Below, piece after piece: positions 39,961 through 49,849 of a stretch of DNA of 64,000 nucleotides. The stretch's first letter is position 1. Every line of letters begins with the position of its first letter. A model generated the notes under the pieces. That model ran no database searches. It saw only the letters and a program-made list of their open reading frames with translations, and was not told the origin of the DNA. A program made the translations under genes and the position numbers. This DNA is from an uncultured virus (IMG/VR IMGVR_UViG_3300044644_001243) (lineage: Duplodnaviria > Heunggongvirae > Uroviricota > Caudoviricetes): positions 62,001-126,000 of the IMG/VR virus record IMGVR_UViG_3300044644_001243. One strand, 5' to 3'.

Positions 39961-40161
39961 GTTTTATTTTTTTAATATGCAAGTTTTTTTTTAAAAAAAG
40001 TTATTAACAATTTAGTGTTAATAACTTTGAAAAAAAAAAGTGAAAAAAGTTTTGGTTATTTAAAATTTATCCCTATCTTTGTATTGTTCAATTGAGGATA
40101 TGATATGTACTTCGGTTGGGCGTTAGTTCTTTTTTTATTTATTTTTTAATACTTTTTTGTT

Positions 40162-40485
40162 ATGAAAACATTGGTAAACATTTACGCACAAGTTGAGGAA
40201 AACTATGCTGCTCACACGTGGGATGGTCAAGGGGAATGTCCACAACATTGGAAAAAGAAAGGTGGTAAAATCTTTCAAGTCAACCTTAATGTTGATTACC
40301 TTATGTATGACGAGGAACGCTCAATAAACGCTTTCAAACGTCTGCTACAAGACGAGTCTAACGAGGGGTATCGGTATACGTATACCGAACACGAAATCGT
40401 GTGGCACGAACCTATCGTCTTGAATGACGACAAGTTCTTGGAATACGTGCACGCACAAGCACGTGACGTTGAAGTTGAGTACTAA
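40162..40485 (+). CDS. Hypothetical protein
   Basis: 107 aa; TTTG...TATCTTTG promoter upstream. Confidence 0.75.
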   Translation: MKTLVNIYAQVEENYAAHTWDGQGECPQHWKKKGGKIFQVNLNVDYLMYDEERSINAFKRLLQDESNEGYRYTYTEHEIVWHEPIVLNDDKFLEYVHAQARDVEVEY

Positions 40486-40615
40486 ATGTACAGAAATCTG
40501 TCCATAGGGTTATACCTTATGGACTTTTTTCGTTTATATTAATTTTTTTTTGGTTAGGGTATTGTGGGAATCAAAATTAATGTTATCTTTGTAGGGTAAT
40601 TCAAAATCGTTCTTT

Positions 40616-40834
40616 ATGTTACGTGTAGTTGTAAGACAAGTTGGAAATTGTCTATTAGTTAGGGAAGGTGAAAAATTCTTTGCCGAACAAGTTGGAAATG
40701 ACGTTAGGGCTGACATACCAAAAGTTAAGTATGAACGTCTAAAGATTGAATCTGACGACTTATTTGAGTATCTAATACCTATGCTTATTAGAAACGAAAT
40801 TAGTCGTCCTATCTTTGAAAAATTGGGGGTTTAA
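40616..40834 (+). CDS. Hypothetical protein
   Basis: 72 aa; own promoter and terminator. Confidence 0.65.
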   Translation: MLRVVVRQVGNCLLVREGEKFFAEQVGNDVRADIPKVKYERLKIESDDLFEYLIPMLIRNEISRPIFEKLGV

Positions 40835-40862
40835 AAATCCCCTTTTTTATTTAGTATAGTTC

Positions 40863-40935
40863 GTTCACGTATGGACGTGTCGGAGTCTACTCTCTCACTT
40901 TGCTTAGCGACTTGTCTCGACTATCAATCATTGAC
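40863..40935 (-). ncRNA. Repeated structured element copy 2
   Basis: TATCTTTG, then gtc... gagaGAGTAGACTCC gacacgtccatacgtgaac on the minus strand. Confidence 0.6.
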
Positions 40936-41072
40936 AAAACAAAGATAGATAATAGAAATGATATATGCAAACAATTATTAAAAATAATTTTATTTTTTTT
41001 TTCGTTAAGGTATTGTGGGAATGAAAAAAAGTATTATCTTTGTAATAAGTTATTCATTTAAATTTTTTCCTT

Positions 41073-41492
41073 ATGTCACACATTATTTCATCTTCGGCTC
41101 TTTTTTCAGTTATCAAGGCTGAAAAAAACAATAGTGGTTCTGATTTCACTATTAAGTCTATTGCTACGGGCAAAGACTACACGTATGCTATCTCTCGTTC
41201 TAAATTTAAGGGCAATTGGTACACGCATATTAGCGTTGAACAAGAGTACCAAAAATTCGTTCGTTTGGGGTCTTATTTCAAGGGTAAGATTTACCAAAAA
41301 GGGCAAGTGGTTAACTCGCCATCGGCAACAGCAATTTGTTGGGTGCTTGAAAGGGTTGAACAAAGCAAGTTCGACTTGTTGGATGAGAAGGTTCAAGTTA
41401 TGCATACGGGCAATTGCATACGTTGTGGACGCACGTTAACGGACGCACAATCCATCGAACGTGGGTTAGGTCCGACTTGTGCAAGTCTTTAA
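41073..41492 (+). CDS. DUF6011-like zinc-finger protein
   Basis: CIRCGRTLTDAQSIERGLGPTC. Confidence 0.8.
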   Translation: MSHIISSSALFSVIKAEKNNSGSDFTIKSIATGKDYTYAISRSKFKGNWYTHISVEQEYQKFVRLGSYFKGKIYQKGQVVNSPSATAICWVLERVEQSKFDLLDEKVQVMHTGNCIRCGRTLTDAQSIERGLGPTCASL

Positions 41493-41549
41493 CCGACTGA
41501 AAAGGGTTCATTAAATGAACTCTTTTTTTTATTGGCATACGTTAAAAAA

Positions 41550-41616
41550 GTATAGACGTGTCGGAGTCTAGTCTTTTGCTTTGGTTAGCAACTTGTCTCG
41601 ATTATCAATCATTGAC
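41550..41616 (-). ncRNA. Repeated structured element copy 3
   Basis: GATATTTG, then gtc... aaaGACTAGACTCC gacacgtctatac on the minus strand; near-identical to copy 2. Confidence 0.6.
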
Positions 41617-41952
41617 AATACAAATATCGTAATTAGATTTTAGATATGCAAGAAAAAAGTGAATTATTTTTAAATTATTTTTTGCTCTTATTTTAATTCG
41701 TTTTAAGACGTTTTAAAGTTGTTTTGGTATTATGTATTGGTTTAGTATTTAAAGTTTATTACAAGCAACAATACAAGCAAAAAAAGAATAAGAATAGTAT
41801 AAAGATTAATGTTATAAATAAGATTAGATAGGAATAAAAAAAAATAAAAAAAGATTAAAAAATGTTTGGTTATTTAAAAATTATGTTTATCTTTGTATCG
41901 TCCAAATGAGGGACAAAAGTTCTTTTTCTTACTTATTTTTTTTCTTTTTGTT

Positions 41953-42213
41953 ATGGAAGCAAATTGTTTTCACGGAACTGATACGTATGGACGTTCAGTT
42001 CAAGTTGGTATACGTCAAGATGGCGTTGCATTCTTCAGAACATATCGTTATAACGGCTATGGTATGGGAATGACCAAATGGGAAATGTTGAACGATTACG
42101 TTCACCAACCATACAAAAGTTCGTCTGCCGTTTATGGCGAAAAGACTCACATCAAGTGGGGCTTTAACGAACTCACTGGGTATACCAACCCAAGAATGAG
42201 ACTACCAAAGTAG
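41953..42213 (+). CDS. Hypothetical protein
   Basis: Start revised to MEANCFHG, downstream of the TATCTTTG promoter. Confidence 0.7.
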   Translation: MEANCFHGTDTYGRSVQVGIRQDGVAFFRTYRYNGYGMGMTKWEMLNDYVHQPYKSSSAVYGEKTHIKWGFNELTGYTNPRMRLPK

Positions 42214-42368
42214 TCTCATTTTTTTTTGTCTTATAATTTACTTATTGTAAGTATTATTATTCAAACATTATATTTTTTATTTGATAACAACTAATTGATT
42301 AAATTAGGGGGTGTGGTGGCAACCAATGTACAGAAATATGTACATAGGTCGCACCTACCATTTAGTTA

Positions 42369-42665
42369 TTAATTTACATCAATTAAATTTCCGTCCCATT
42401 CAACATCATTCAGAAACCATTTACCTTTGGTTTGATTTATTTTTACGTTAGGTAAACCATTTAACCTTTCTTTTGTTGTTGCCGTTTCATACCCACAATT
42501 AGTAATTGATAAGGTTCTTTCGGGGTCGTTGTATTGATAAGCGATTGCGTTGCCAAATAGTTTTAGTATTGTTACGTTAGGCAAAACTTCTACACTTGTG
42601 TTACCATTTTTAAAAGTTTCAGCATTTAAAAACTTTTCGATTGCTTTTTCAGTAATTGTTCTCAT
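42369..42665 (-). CDS. Hypothetical protein
   Basis: 98 aa; TTKERLN motif. Confidence 0.75.
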   Translation of the reverse strand: MRTITEKAIEKFLNAETFKNGNTSVEVLPNVTILKLFGNAIAYQYNDPERTLSITNCGYETATTKERLNGLPNVKINQTKGKWFLNDVEWDGNLIDVN

Positions 42666-42748
42666 TGTGTTTATGTTTATTTGTTTATGTAAAGATAGTA
42701 AATATAAATGGTACTACCAAACGATAGTACCATTTATTTTAATTTATT

Positions 42749-43132
42749 TTATACGTGTAGTGAATATGCTATTATCATATAAACACTATCTTCGACTTCA
42801 TCTAAATTTAGATTTTCACCTATATAATATTCTTTACCTTTCCATTTTATACATTTGTGGTCGTCCATCATTAGTTCAACATAGTGGTCTGATTCATTTT
42901 CATCAACTTCAATACCATAAGTTTCGATAAACGAATTAACTTCACTATCTTTGACTAAATCATAGTCCAATGTATATTGATTGATATACTCAAAACAATC
43001 TTCAATAGTGTTGATTGGTGCGATTCTAAATTTATCGTCATTAGCGATTAAATTAACTTTGTCAATCAATTCTTGTTTAGAATTTAATGTTGCAAGTTCT
43101 TTGTTTTTCTTTGTGTCGATTAAAGTATACAT
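42749..43132 (-). CDS. Hypothetical protein
   Basis: 127 aa with own promoter. Confidence 0.7.
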   Translation of the reverse strand: MYTLIDTKKNKELATLNSKQELIDKVNLIANDDKFRIAPINTIEDCFEYINQYTLDYDLVKDSEVNSFIETYGIEVDENESDHYVELMMDDHKCIKWKGKEYYIGENLNLDEVEDSVYMIIAYSLHV

Positions 43133-43194
43133 AGTATTAATTATTTGTTTCCGTAAAGATAGTGAATAGTTTTGACTTATGCAAGTTTATTTGT

Positions 43195-43548
43195 TTATAT
43201 TTCGTTATCATTATCTACCAAACATTTGTCCATTAATTCAATTAAATTAATTCTATCCTCTATTGATAAATCCCACATTTTAATTGAATGTTTTGTAAAT
43301 TTTCCGTCTGCCGTTACTACTTCAATATCGTAGTAATTACCAACTTTAAGAACTTTTAGTGGGTGTACATCAAATACGTTGCCCGTTTCTTTATCTCTAA
43401 TTTCTAGGTAATTATCGGGTGTGTCATTTTCTAAATCTTTTTCATCAAAGATAACAAATTCTTTTTGTTGATATAACATTTCCTCGAATGTCATTTGGAT
43501 ATGTGTTTTTAAAACATCTATATCTCTTTTTAAAGCACTTATTCTCAT
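43195..43548 (-). CDS. Hypothetical protein (paralog of the next ORF)
   Basis: IFDEKDLENDTPDNYLEIRDKETGNVFDVHPLKV. Confidence 0.8.
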   Translation of the reverse strand: MRISALKRDIDVLKTHIQMTFEEMLYQQKEFVIFDEKDLENDTPDNYLEIRDKETGNVFDVHPLKVLKVGNYYDIEVVTADGKFTKHSIKMWDLSIEDRINLIELMDKCLVDNDNEI

Positions 43549-43626
43549 TTTAGTTTATTTTAATTGTTTATTTATACAACAAAGATATGGATAAGTTTTC
43601 ACTTATCCAAATCTTTTTATAGTTTT

Positions 43627-43950
43627 TTACAAACTATTTTCCATTAATTCTATTAGGGTAATTTTGTCTTGTGTGCTTGATAAATCTTGCAACTTAATCA
43701 AGTGTCTTACAAAACTTCCGTCTGCTTCAACTACAAGTATTCCATTTTGGGTTACTTTTAGTGGGTGGACATCAAACACGTTTCCCGTAATATCATTACG
43801 CATTTCAAGGTAATCATCGGGTGTGTCGTGTTCTAAATCACATTCATCAAAGATTACTATTTCTTCTTGTTTCTCCAACAACTCATTAAAGTAGTGGTAA
43901 ACTTGTTTTTCTAATTGTTCTAAATCTTTGTTTAAGTTTTTGCTTGACAT
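43627..43950 (-). CDS. Hypothetical protein (paralog of the previous ORF)
   Basis: IFDECDLEHDTPDDYLEMRNDITGNVFDVHPLKV; start revised to MSSK. Confidence 0.8.
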   Translation of the reverse strand: MSSKNLNKDLEQLEKQVYHYFNELLEKQEEIVIFDECDLEHDTPDDYLEMRNDITGNVFDVHPLKVTQNGILVVEADGSFVRHLIKLQDLSSTQDKITLIELMENSL

Positions 43951-44010
43951 AATATAAGTTTTAAATTGTTTGTTTAACAAAGATAAGCATAATGTTTTGA
44001 TTATGCAAAT

Positions 44011-44250
44011 TTATTTTGCACAATCTTTACATAAATCTACATCATCACCAAATACCATTTCATCACGTGTAAACCCACCACCACAATTTTGACAACAAAA
44101 TGTAGGTTCTTCATCCAACCATTCAACTACTCTTTTGACTACATCAACTAAATCACTTTCATCGTCAAATTCTGCGTGTTCATTATTGTCTGCGTGTTGC
44201 TCAATAATGATTTTAAATACTCTCTCTAAATTTTCTAATGTGCATTCCAT
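44011..44250 (-). CDS. Zn-finger hypothetical protein
   Basis: CQNC...CKDC; start revised to MECT. Confidence 0.7.
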   Translation of the reverse strand: MECTLENLERVFKIIIEQHADNNEHAEFDDESDLVDVVKRVVEWLDEEPTFCCQNCGGGFTRDEMVFGDDVDLCKDCAK

Positions 44251-44389
44251 AATATATTGTTTTAAAGTTATACTACAAATATAAGCATTGAATCTTGTTG
44301 CCACAACATACTATAATTAGCATTTAATTTTTTTTAAATTATTTTCATTTTTGTGTTGGATATATCAAAATTATTTCTATCTTTGTTAT

Positions 44390-44436
44390 GTCAGTAAGAC
44401 GTGCTACGAGAGTAGAAGAGTAGACTCCGTTGCGTG
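44390..44436 (+). ncRNA. Repeated structured element copy 4
   Basis: TATCTTTG at 44378; gtc..gac GTG ctac-GAGA-gtag AAGAGTAGACTCC. Confidence 0.6.
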
Positions 44437-44587
44437 TATATGTTTCGTGTGTGCGTTACTGCATAAAAAAAGTGGCAACCATTCGGCAACCACTTCCTCG
44501 TTATAATCAAAACACTAAACAAACACAATTTAGTTTTTTGCGTTGATTGAAACCCCATAATAGATTTCAATCAACATTATTTCTTTA

Positions 44588-44734
44588 TCATACATAATCC
44601 TCTTGCATTAACTTGTTAATATAATTCTTTTTATGTTTATCTTTGCGTTGAAACGCTTTTTTAGACTTGTGAACACTACTCTTTAATGCTTGTTGCATTT
44701 CGTGCTGGGTTAAGGTTATTTCTTTAAATTTCAT
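44588..44734 (-). CDS. Small basic hypothetical protein, 48 aa
   Basis: Read manually: MKFKEITLTQHEMQQALKSSVHKSKKAFQRKDKHKK... Confidence 0.6.
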   Translation of the reverse strand: MKFKEITLTQHEMQQALKSSVHKSKKAFQRKDKHKKNYINKLMQEDYV

Positions 44735-44819
44735 TTCTTTTATCTAAATAATTACACACTAATTTGATTACTGCTAATCCTCCTAATAAGATTCCTAAAT
44801 AAACGATTTTGCCTAACAT
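44724..44819 (-). CDS. Small membrane peptide, 31 aa
   Basis: MLGKIVYLGILLGGLAVIKLVCNYLDKRNEI directly after a promoter cassette. Confidence 0.5.
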   Translation of the reverse strand: MLGKIVYLGILLGGLAVIKLVCNYLDKRNEI

Positions 44820-44896
44820 AACTTTTTGTTTTAATTTGTTTGTGAAACAAAGATAAGGATAATCTTTCGATTATCCAAATCTTTTTTTAAAATGTT

Positions 44897-45517
44897 TTAG
44901 TTATTTTCTAATAACTTTACAACCCCATTAGGTAATTCGTTATCAGTACCATCTAAAATCAACACTACATCAGTTCTCATAAAGTCTTTGATATAAACAT
45001 AGTTGCCATTAACTCTGCCAAACTTTTGTGCGTTTTGTGGTGTACTTTCCCCATTGTCGCCATCTTGGTATTTCTCTCTGACAAATACTCTATTATCAAC
45101 AACAACTATTTCACCAACATCACCAACTTCCTCACCACTATATTCTACCACTCCATTAAGGACATAACCATTCGGTGCTAGAATTTTGTGAATAAGATAA
45201 ACTAACCATTCAGTATAGTTATAAAACTTCTCACCACAATCCCACTCAATACCCATTCGGTCATCGCTAGGTGTCCATTGATTCCAAAGACTTGGTTGAG
45301 TGCTTGGTGGCTCATTAAAATCTACTACATTGTCTTCGTGGTCTTGTCCAAAACTTCCACCACCAAATACGTAAAACTCACCTTGTACTCCAAACACTTC
45401 ATCAGTGTTTCTTTCCATTCTGCGTGTTTCGTTGAACAATTTTAAGTATTGTTCCATCTTTGGACTTAACTCCTTGTTAAGTTCAAATCTACCACTAAAA
45501 TCAGTTGTGTAACCCAT
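44897..45517 (-). CDS. Hypothetical protein
   Basis: 206 aa; MGYTTDF...QPSLWNQW...EKFYNYTEWL. Confidence 0.8.
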   Translation of the reverse strand: MGYTTDFSGRFELNKELSPKMEQYLKLFNETRRMERNTDEVFGVQGEFYVFGGGSFGQDHEDNVVDFNEPPSTQPSLWNQWTPSDDRMGIEWDCGEKFYNYTEWLVYLIHKILAPNGYVLNGVVEYSGEEVGDVGEIVVVDNRVFVREKYQDGDNGESTPQNAQKFGRVNGNYVYIKDFMRTDVVLILDGTDNELPNGVVKLLENN

Positions 45518-45655
45518 TGTAATTTGTTTTATTGATTAATACCTTACAAAGATAAACATTCTTTTTTAATTTCCTACTATATTGTGAAAAATAAATAAAT
45601 TATTTTTTTTTACTTTTTTTGTTGCACAAGTCAATATTATTACTATCTTTGTTAT

Positions 45656-45717
45656 GTACGATTAAGGTACGTGCTGCGAGAGTAGAAGAGTAGACTCCAA
45701 CACGTCCATACGTGAAC
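45656..45717 (+). ncRNA. Repeated structured element copy 5
   Basis: TATCTTTG at 45644; ctgc-GAGA-gtag AAGAGTAGACTCC aacacgt-ccat-acgtgaac. Confidence 0.6.
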
Positions 45718-45958
45718 AAAATAAAAATGAAAAAACAAAGTTGTATAAATAGGAATTGGGAATAGGTAAACCCTATTCCCAACAACACCTCTAACGAAAC
45801 ATTCCTCTAAGTCATTTACAATATGAAAGGTTTGTCAAAGCATAATTAGTGATAAACAATACGGAAAGGGGAACTAATTATGCAATGATGTATCGTTACC
45901 AAGTCTACGAGGTTCAGCAGAGTATTTTCCTCTCATATAAACCCTTTCCTACTATATT

Positions 45959-46186
45959 TTAATTTTCTTCTAATTCTTCTATATCTTTAAATTCTTCTTT
46001 CATCTTGTTTTCAGTTTGTTTCTTGTCTACAAACAACACAACAGCCGATAAACACCCAAAGGTTAGAAAACTCCATAAGTTTATCATTAATGCGTCATTG
46101 GTTTCTGAATAGAAAAATATACCTACTAGTGAAACAATTTGACCTACTATACCTAATACTGCCAAAATAAATAATTCTTTTTTCAT
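45959..46186 (-). CDS. Small membrane protein
   Basis: 75 aa with two hydrophobic segments. Confidence 0.7.
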   Translation of the reverse strand: MKKELFILAVLGIVGQIVSLVGIFFYSETNDALMINLWSFLTFGCLSAVVLFVDKKQTENKMKEEFKDIEELEEN

Positions 46187-46264
46187 AATGTTTGTTTTTT
46201 AATTGATTTCTTTTATCAAAGGTAAGGAATTGTTTTTACAATTCCAAACCTTTTTTAACTTTTT

Positions 46265-46459
46265 TTAATTTTTTTCTTGTGTTGGTTTACACCCTACATA
46301 TAAGCAAGGGATAAACGATACCATACCAACTATCATCATAGTATTGGCAACCAACTCTTCGGTTTGTGTTCTGCCACCCATTCCTACCATTAATCCGATA
46401 AGGATAACTATCAAAGTGGAAACGAACCACCAACTCCAATTGTACTGCGAAATTTTCAT
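46265..46459 (-). CDS. Small membrane protein
   Basis: 64 aa with two hydrophobic segments. Confidence 0.7.
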   Translation of the reverse strand: MKISQYNWSWWFVSTLIVILIGLMVGMGGRTQTEELVANTMMIVGMVSFIPCLYVGCKPTQEKN

Positions 46460-46534
46460 CTTGTGTATGTTTTAATGATTATGAAACAAAGATAAGCATA
46501 ATCTTTTGATTATGCAAACCTTTTTTAACTTTTT

Positions 46535-46879
46535 TTATTTTAATTTTAACCAATTATGATTCAATACTACTTTAACGATTTCTTCTTCTTCCGTTTCAGA
46601 TAAAATAAAGGTATTACAAGTTTTTTGATTAAACCTTGTCATTTCTTTTACAAGTTTTTTAAACCCACTAAATGCTGTGTAACTTTCCCATACAACCCCA
46701 CCTTCATTTTTGTTACGTTGTACTGGGCTAACTGAAAGTTTTATACCTCTACCCTCAACACTACCACTAAAATAGTTCATACCACCTAAATCATAGTATA
46801 ATTCAACTTTTAAGTGTGTAATGTTTTTGTCGTTTGGTAACACTTCTAAATACTTTTTGCTAATTGATGTCTTGCTCAT
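46535..46879 (-). CDS. Hypothetical protein
   Basis: 114 aa; YYDLGGMNYF. Confidence 0.75.
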   Translation of the reverse strand: MSKTSISKKYLEVLPNDKNITHLKVELYYDLGGMNYFSGSVEGRGIKLSVSPVQRNKNEGGVVWESYTAFSGFKKLVKEMTRFNQKTCNTFILSETEEEEIVKVVLNHNWLKLK

Positions 46880-47013
46880 AATGTTTTGTTTTAATGATTA
46901 TAGTACAAATATAAACATTCTTTTTTAATTGTGCAACATTTTATATAAAATAAAAATAAAATTATTTTTACTTTTTTCTTGCATAATTGATTTATAATTC
47001 CGATATTTGTTAT

Positions 47014-47085
47014 GTCAATGATTCAGACGTGCTACGAGAGTAGAAGAGTAGACTCCAACACGTCCATACGTGAACAACGGCAACC
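47014..47085 (+). ncRNA. Repeated structured element copy 6
   Basis: GATATTTG at 47002; full consensus plus downstream GGCAACC. Confidence 0.6.
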
Positions 47086-47116
47086 AATAAAAAAAGGGTG
47101 TAATACCCTTTAATTT

Positions 47117-47245
47117 TTAATAACCTCCCGTAAAAGTAATTAATATACCTCCATTCTTTTCTTCTGACTCAAAGGTTACTCCCGATTTGATAAACCCATC
47201 TAACATATCAGTAAAAGTTTCAGTTGATACAAATAAAGTTCTCAT
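47117..47245 (-). CDS. Small hypothetical protein, 42 aa
   Basis: Read manually: MRTLFVSTETFTDMLDGFIKSGVTFE...FTGGY. Confidence 0.55.
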   Translation of the reverse strand: MRTLFVSTETFTDMLDGFIKSGVTFESEEKNGGILITFTGGY

Positions 47246-47275
47246 AATGTTTTGTTTTTAGGATATATTTTTAAA

Positions 47276-47491
47276 TTAATTTACATCGTGGTCTTCAACA
47301 ATTTCTAATTGTTCATCAGTTAAAACATCATCAGCAACCATTTCAACATAAAACTTTGTAAAAGGTATTTCATTTTCAAATTCCTCAACTTGTTCGTTAA
47401 AACTTTCTTTGTTATCAGCAACAATACTTCTACCAATGTTATCAGCACTATTCTTATCAAATGCTGTTATTTGTACATAAACTTTTACCAT
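47276..47491 (-). CDS. Acidic hypothetical protein
   Basis: 71 aa after a promoter cassette. Confidence 0.7.
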   Translation of the reverse strand: MVKVYVQITAFDKNSADNIGRSIVADNKESFNEQVEEFENEIPFTKFYVEMVADDVLTDEQLEIVEDHDVN

Positions 47492-47538
47492 ACTATTTTA
47501 TTTTAATTGATTTATAAAACAAAGATAAGCATAAGTTT

Positions 47539-47700
47539 TCACTTATGCAAATCTTTTTCAAAGTTTTTTACAAAAAAATCAGTAATATTATTTAGTTTTA
47601 TTCTAACTTCTTCTGCGTCTTGTCCATTGTCTTCTAATTGGTCTGCGATGTCATAAAGACTAATCAATTCTTCCCATACTTTTTTAATTTCCTTTTCCAT
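47539..47700 (-). CDS. Hypothetical protein
   Basis: Start revised to MEKEIK. Confidence 0.65.
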   Translation of the reverse strand: MEKEIKKVWEELISLYDIADQLEDNGQDAEEVRIKLNNITDFFVKNFEKDLHK

Positions 47701-47773
47701 AGTTTCTAGTTGTTTAGTGTGAAACAAAGATAAGGAATACATTTCAATATTCCTAATCTTTTAATGATTATTT

Positions 47774-47983
47774 TTAATTTATTTTTACTTCTTTTTTAAC
47801 ACCTTTAAACTTAACAATAAATTTTTGCATTTCATTCCAAGTATTACAATTAAATATGGTTTCATTATTCCCACCAAGTGTTACCAAGTGCCAATCTCCA
47901 CCACCATTTCCCGTAAAGTTATCAGCAATAATACACTTTTCTTCGTGTCCATGATAATCTATTGTATAAACTTCTATTTTCAT
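47774..47983 (-). CDS. Hypothetical protein
   Basis: 69 aa after a promoter cassette. Confidence 0.65.
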   Translation of the reverse strand: MKIEVYTIDYHGHEEKCIIADNFTGNGGGDWHLVTLGGNNETIFNCNTWNEMQKFIVKFKGVKKEVKIN

Positions 47984-48059
47984 AACTTATATTGTTTTAA
48001 TTAGTATATAACAAAGATAAGGAATACTTTTCAATATTCCAAATCTTTTGTAATTATTT

Positions 48060-48719
48060 TTATTGTGCCAACTCAACAAGTTTTTGTTGTGTAGGTTTAT
48101 GACTTTGTATCAATTCGTCCAATGTCATAAATGTTTTACAATTTTCTTTATCTCTATGTAACCATTCGTTGGTATTATAAGTCAAACCAACAATTTTGTA
48201 TGCTTGCACTACTTTACCACTTTCAAGTGTTACTTTAACAATTTCACGTTTAAAATCAACATAGATTTTGTGGTATTGTTTGTTGTTAAAATAATCAAAG
48301 CGACTATCACCACTACTATATTTTTTTGTTTTGCTGACAAAAAATAATTGGGTTTCCCAACCTTTATGTTCACCCAATGGTTGTTCTTTTGTTCGTTCCA
48401 ACATTTTATCCAACGTGTGTTGGTCTTGCTCACTATTAGGGTATCTATACCCCAACTCAACATTTACCACTTTACCAAATTCTTTTTCAAACTCTTTAAT
48501 GTCACTCTTAAATTGCGTCACAAAAACTTTCATCATTGTAAGATTGTGTTTCGCAATAGTTTCTTTGAATCTGTCTTCTTCTTTTAGACACTCATTAATA
48601 GTATCAAAACTAAAACGTGATGTCCCATTAGTTGGTTTAGGGTTTATCCTTGTAAACTCACTAATTAAACTATTTACTAAACCTTGTTGTAAACTTGTTA
48701 ATTGTTCAAACTTTTCCAT
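48060..48719 (-). CDS. Hypothetical protein
   Basis: 219 aa with own promoter. Confidence 0.8.
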   Translation of the reverse strand: MEKFEQLTSLQQGLVNSLISEFTRINPKPTNGTSRFSFDTINECLKEEDRFKETIAKHNLTMMKVFVTQFKSDIKEFEKEFGKVVNVELGYRYPNSEQDQHTLDKMLERTKEQPLGEHKGWETQLFFVSKTKKYSSGDSRFDYFNNKQYHKIYVDFKREIVKVTLESGKVVQAYKIVGLTYNTNEWLHRDKENCKTFMTLDELIQSHKPTQQKLVELAQ

Positions 48720-48858
48720 TGTGTTTTATTTTAATTGATTAATACCCTACAAAGATAAACATTATTTTTAATTCTGCAACTATTTTGTAATAAAATAAAA
48801 ATAAAATTATTTTCACTTTTTGCTTGCATATGTCAAATATTATTGCAATCTTTGTATT

Positions 48859-48927
48859 GTACAATTAAGGTACGTGCTGCGAGAGTAGAAGAGTAGACTC
48901 CGACACGTCTATACGTGAACGGCAACC
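48859..48927 (+). ncRNA. Repeated structured element copy 7
   Basis: AATCTTTG at 48847; full consensus plus GGCAACC. Confidence 0.6.
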
Positions 48928-48948
48928 AACCATAAAAAAAAGGTGACA

Positions 48949-49224
48949 CTACTGCCACCCTTGTTTAGTTATTTTAGGTTTACCATTAATTTTTTCCCAC
49001 TTCTCAAACCATTCTCCCCATTCACCACGTCTGCTACGTGAAACAAAAACTGGGTCTTCACCAATATGATTATCCAAAATATAATCTTTTAATGCTTTCT
49101 TTAATTCAGTATAAGTATTGAATTTCTTTGTTGTGTATTCAGTTCTTACACCATATCTTTCTACTCTGTAATCGTGTAGACTTTCACTTGTCATATACGT
49201 TACTTGTGGTTTAAAATTTGCCAT
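48949..49224 (-). CDS. Hypothetical protein
   Basis: 91 aa; VSRSRRGEWGEWFEKW. Confidence 0.75.
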   Translation of the reverse strand: MANFKPQVTYMTSESLHDYRVERYGVRTEYTTKKFNTYTELKKALKDYILDNHIGEDPVFVSRSRRGEWGEWFEKWEKINGKPKITKQGWQ

Positions 49225-49280
49225 TGTGTTTTATTTAATTTGTTTTAACAAAGATAATACTTACATTTGACAATTCCAAA

Positions 49281-49748
49281 TTATAATGGAAATATTTTTG
49301 CACTTTTAAATTTATACAAAGGTGTGCCAATCGTTTCAAGTATGTCTATTTTATTTGTAAATCTTTCGTTCATACAATCGGCAACAATATAAATTCCGTC
49401 TTTATCACCACAACCAACCAATTTAACTTTTTGCTTATAGTCAAACTTACCACCCCAACGTTTTAATAAATCTCTGCTCATTGCTATAAACTTTTGTTCA
49501 CTTGCTTTAAATGGATTAATTTTTAACATACTTGCTGTCGTGTATGGGTCACTATCACATTGTCCTTCAACTGCGTTATACATAGTTACCATTACTTTGG
49601 TATGTTTAACTTTTTTCTTTTTAGGTGCTTTTGGCTTGATTGTAGCCACTTTCGTATAGTGTGTAGTAATAGTAGTTGTCTTCAATAAATAAACGCAACC
49701 AAAGACAATTAAACTTGATACTAATACTTCTTTGAATTTATACTTCAT
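49281..49748 (-). CDS. 3D-domain (lytic transglycosylase-like) protein with an N-terminal TM segment
   Basis: VTMYNAVEGQCDSDPYTTAS...IAMSRDLL...VADCMNERFTNKIDIL. Confidence 0.75.
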   Translation of the reverse strand: MKYKFKEVLVSSLIVFGCVYLLKTTTITTHYTKVATIKPKAPKKKKVKHTKVMVTMYNAVEGQCDSDPYTTASMLKINPFKASEQKFIAMSRDLLKRWGGKFDYKQKVKLVGCGDKDGIYIVADCMNERFTNKIDILETIGTPLYKFKSAKIFPL

Positions 49749-49849
49749 TGCTTGTTAATTTAGATTGTTTTGCAAATATAAGAAAAACTTTTTAAATAAA
49801 AAAATTTATTTTACTTGTTTTTTAAAAATATTATTACAATCTTTGTATT

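Noticed and set aside
44390..47085. Repeated elements as hammerhead ribozymes or tRNAs
   Set aside because: No CUGAUGA/GAAA catalytic core and no cloverleaf or TTCRA arm; no tRNA gene was recognised anywhere in the window
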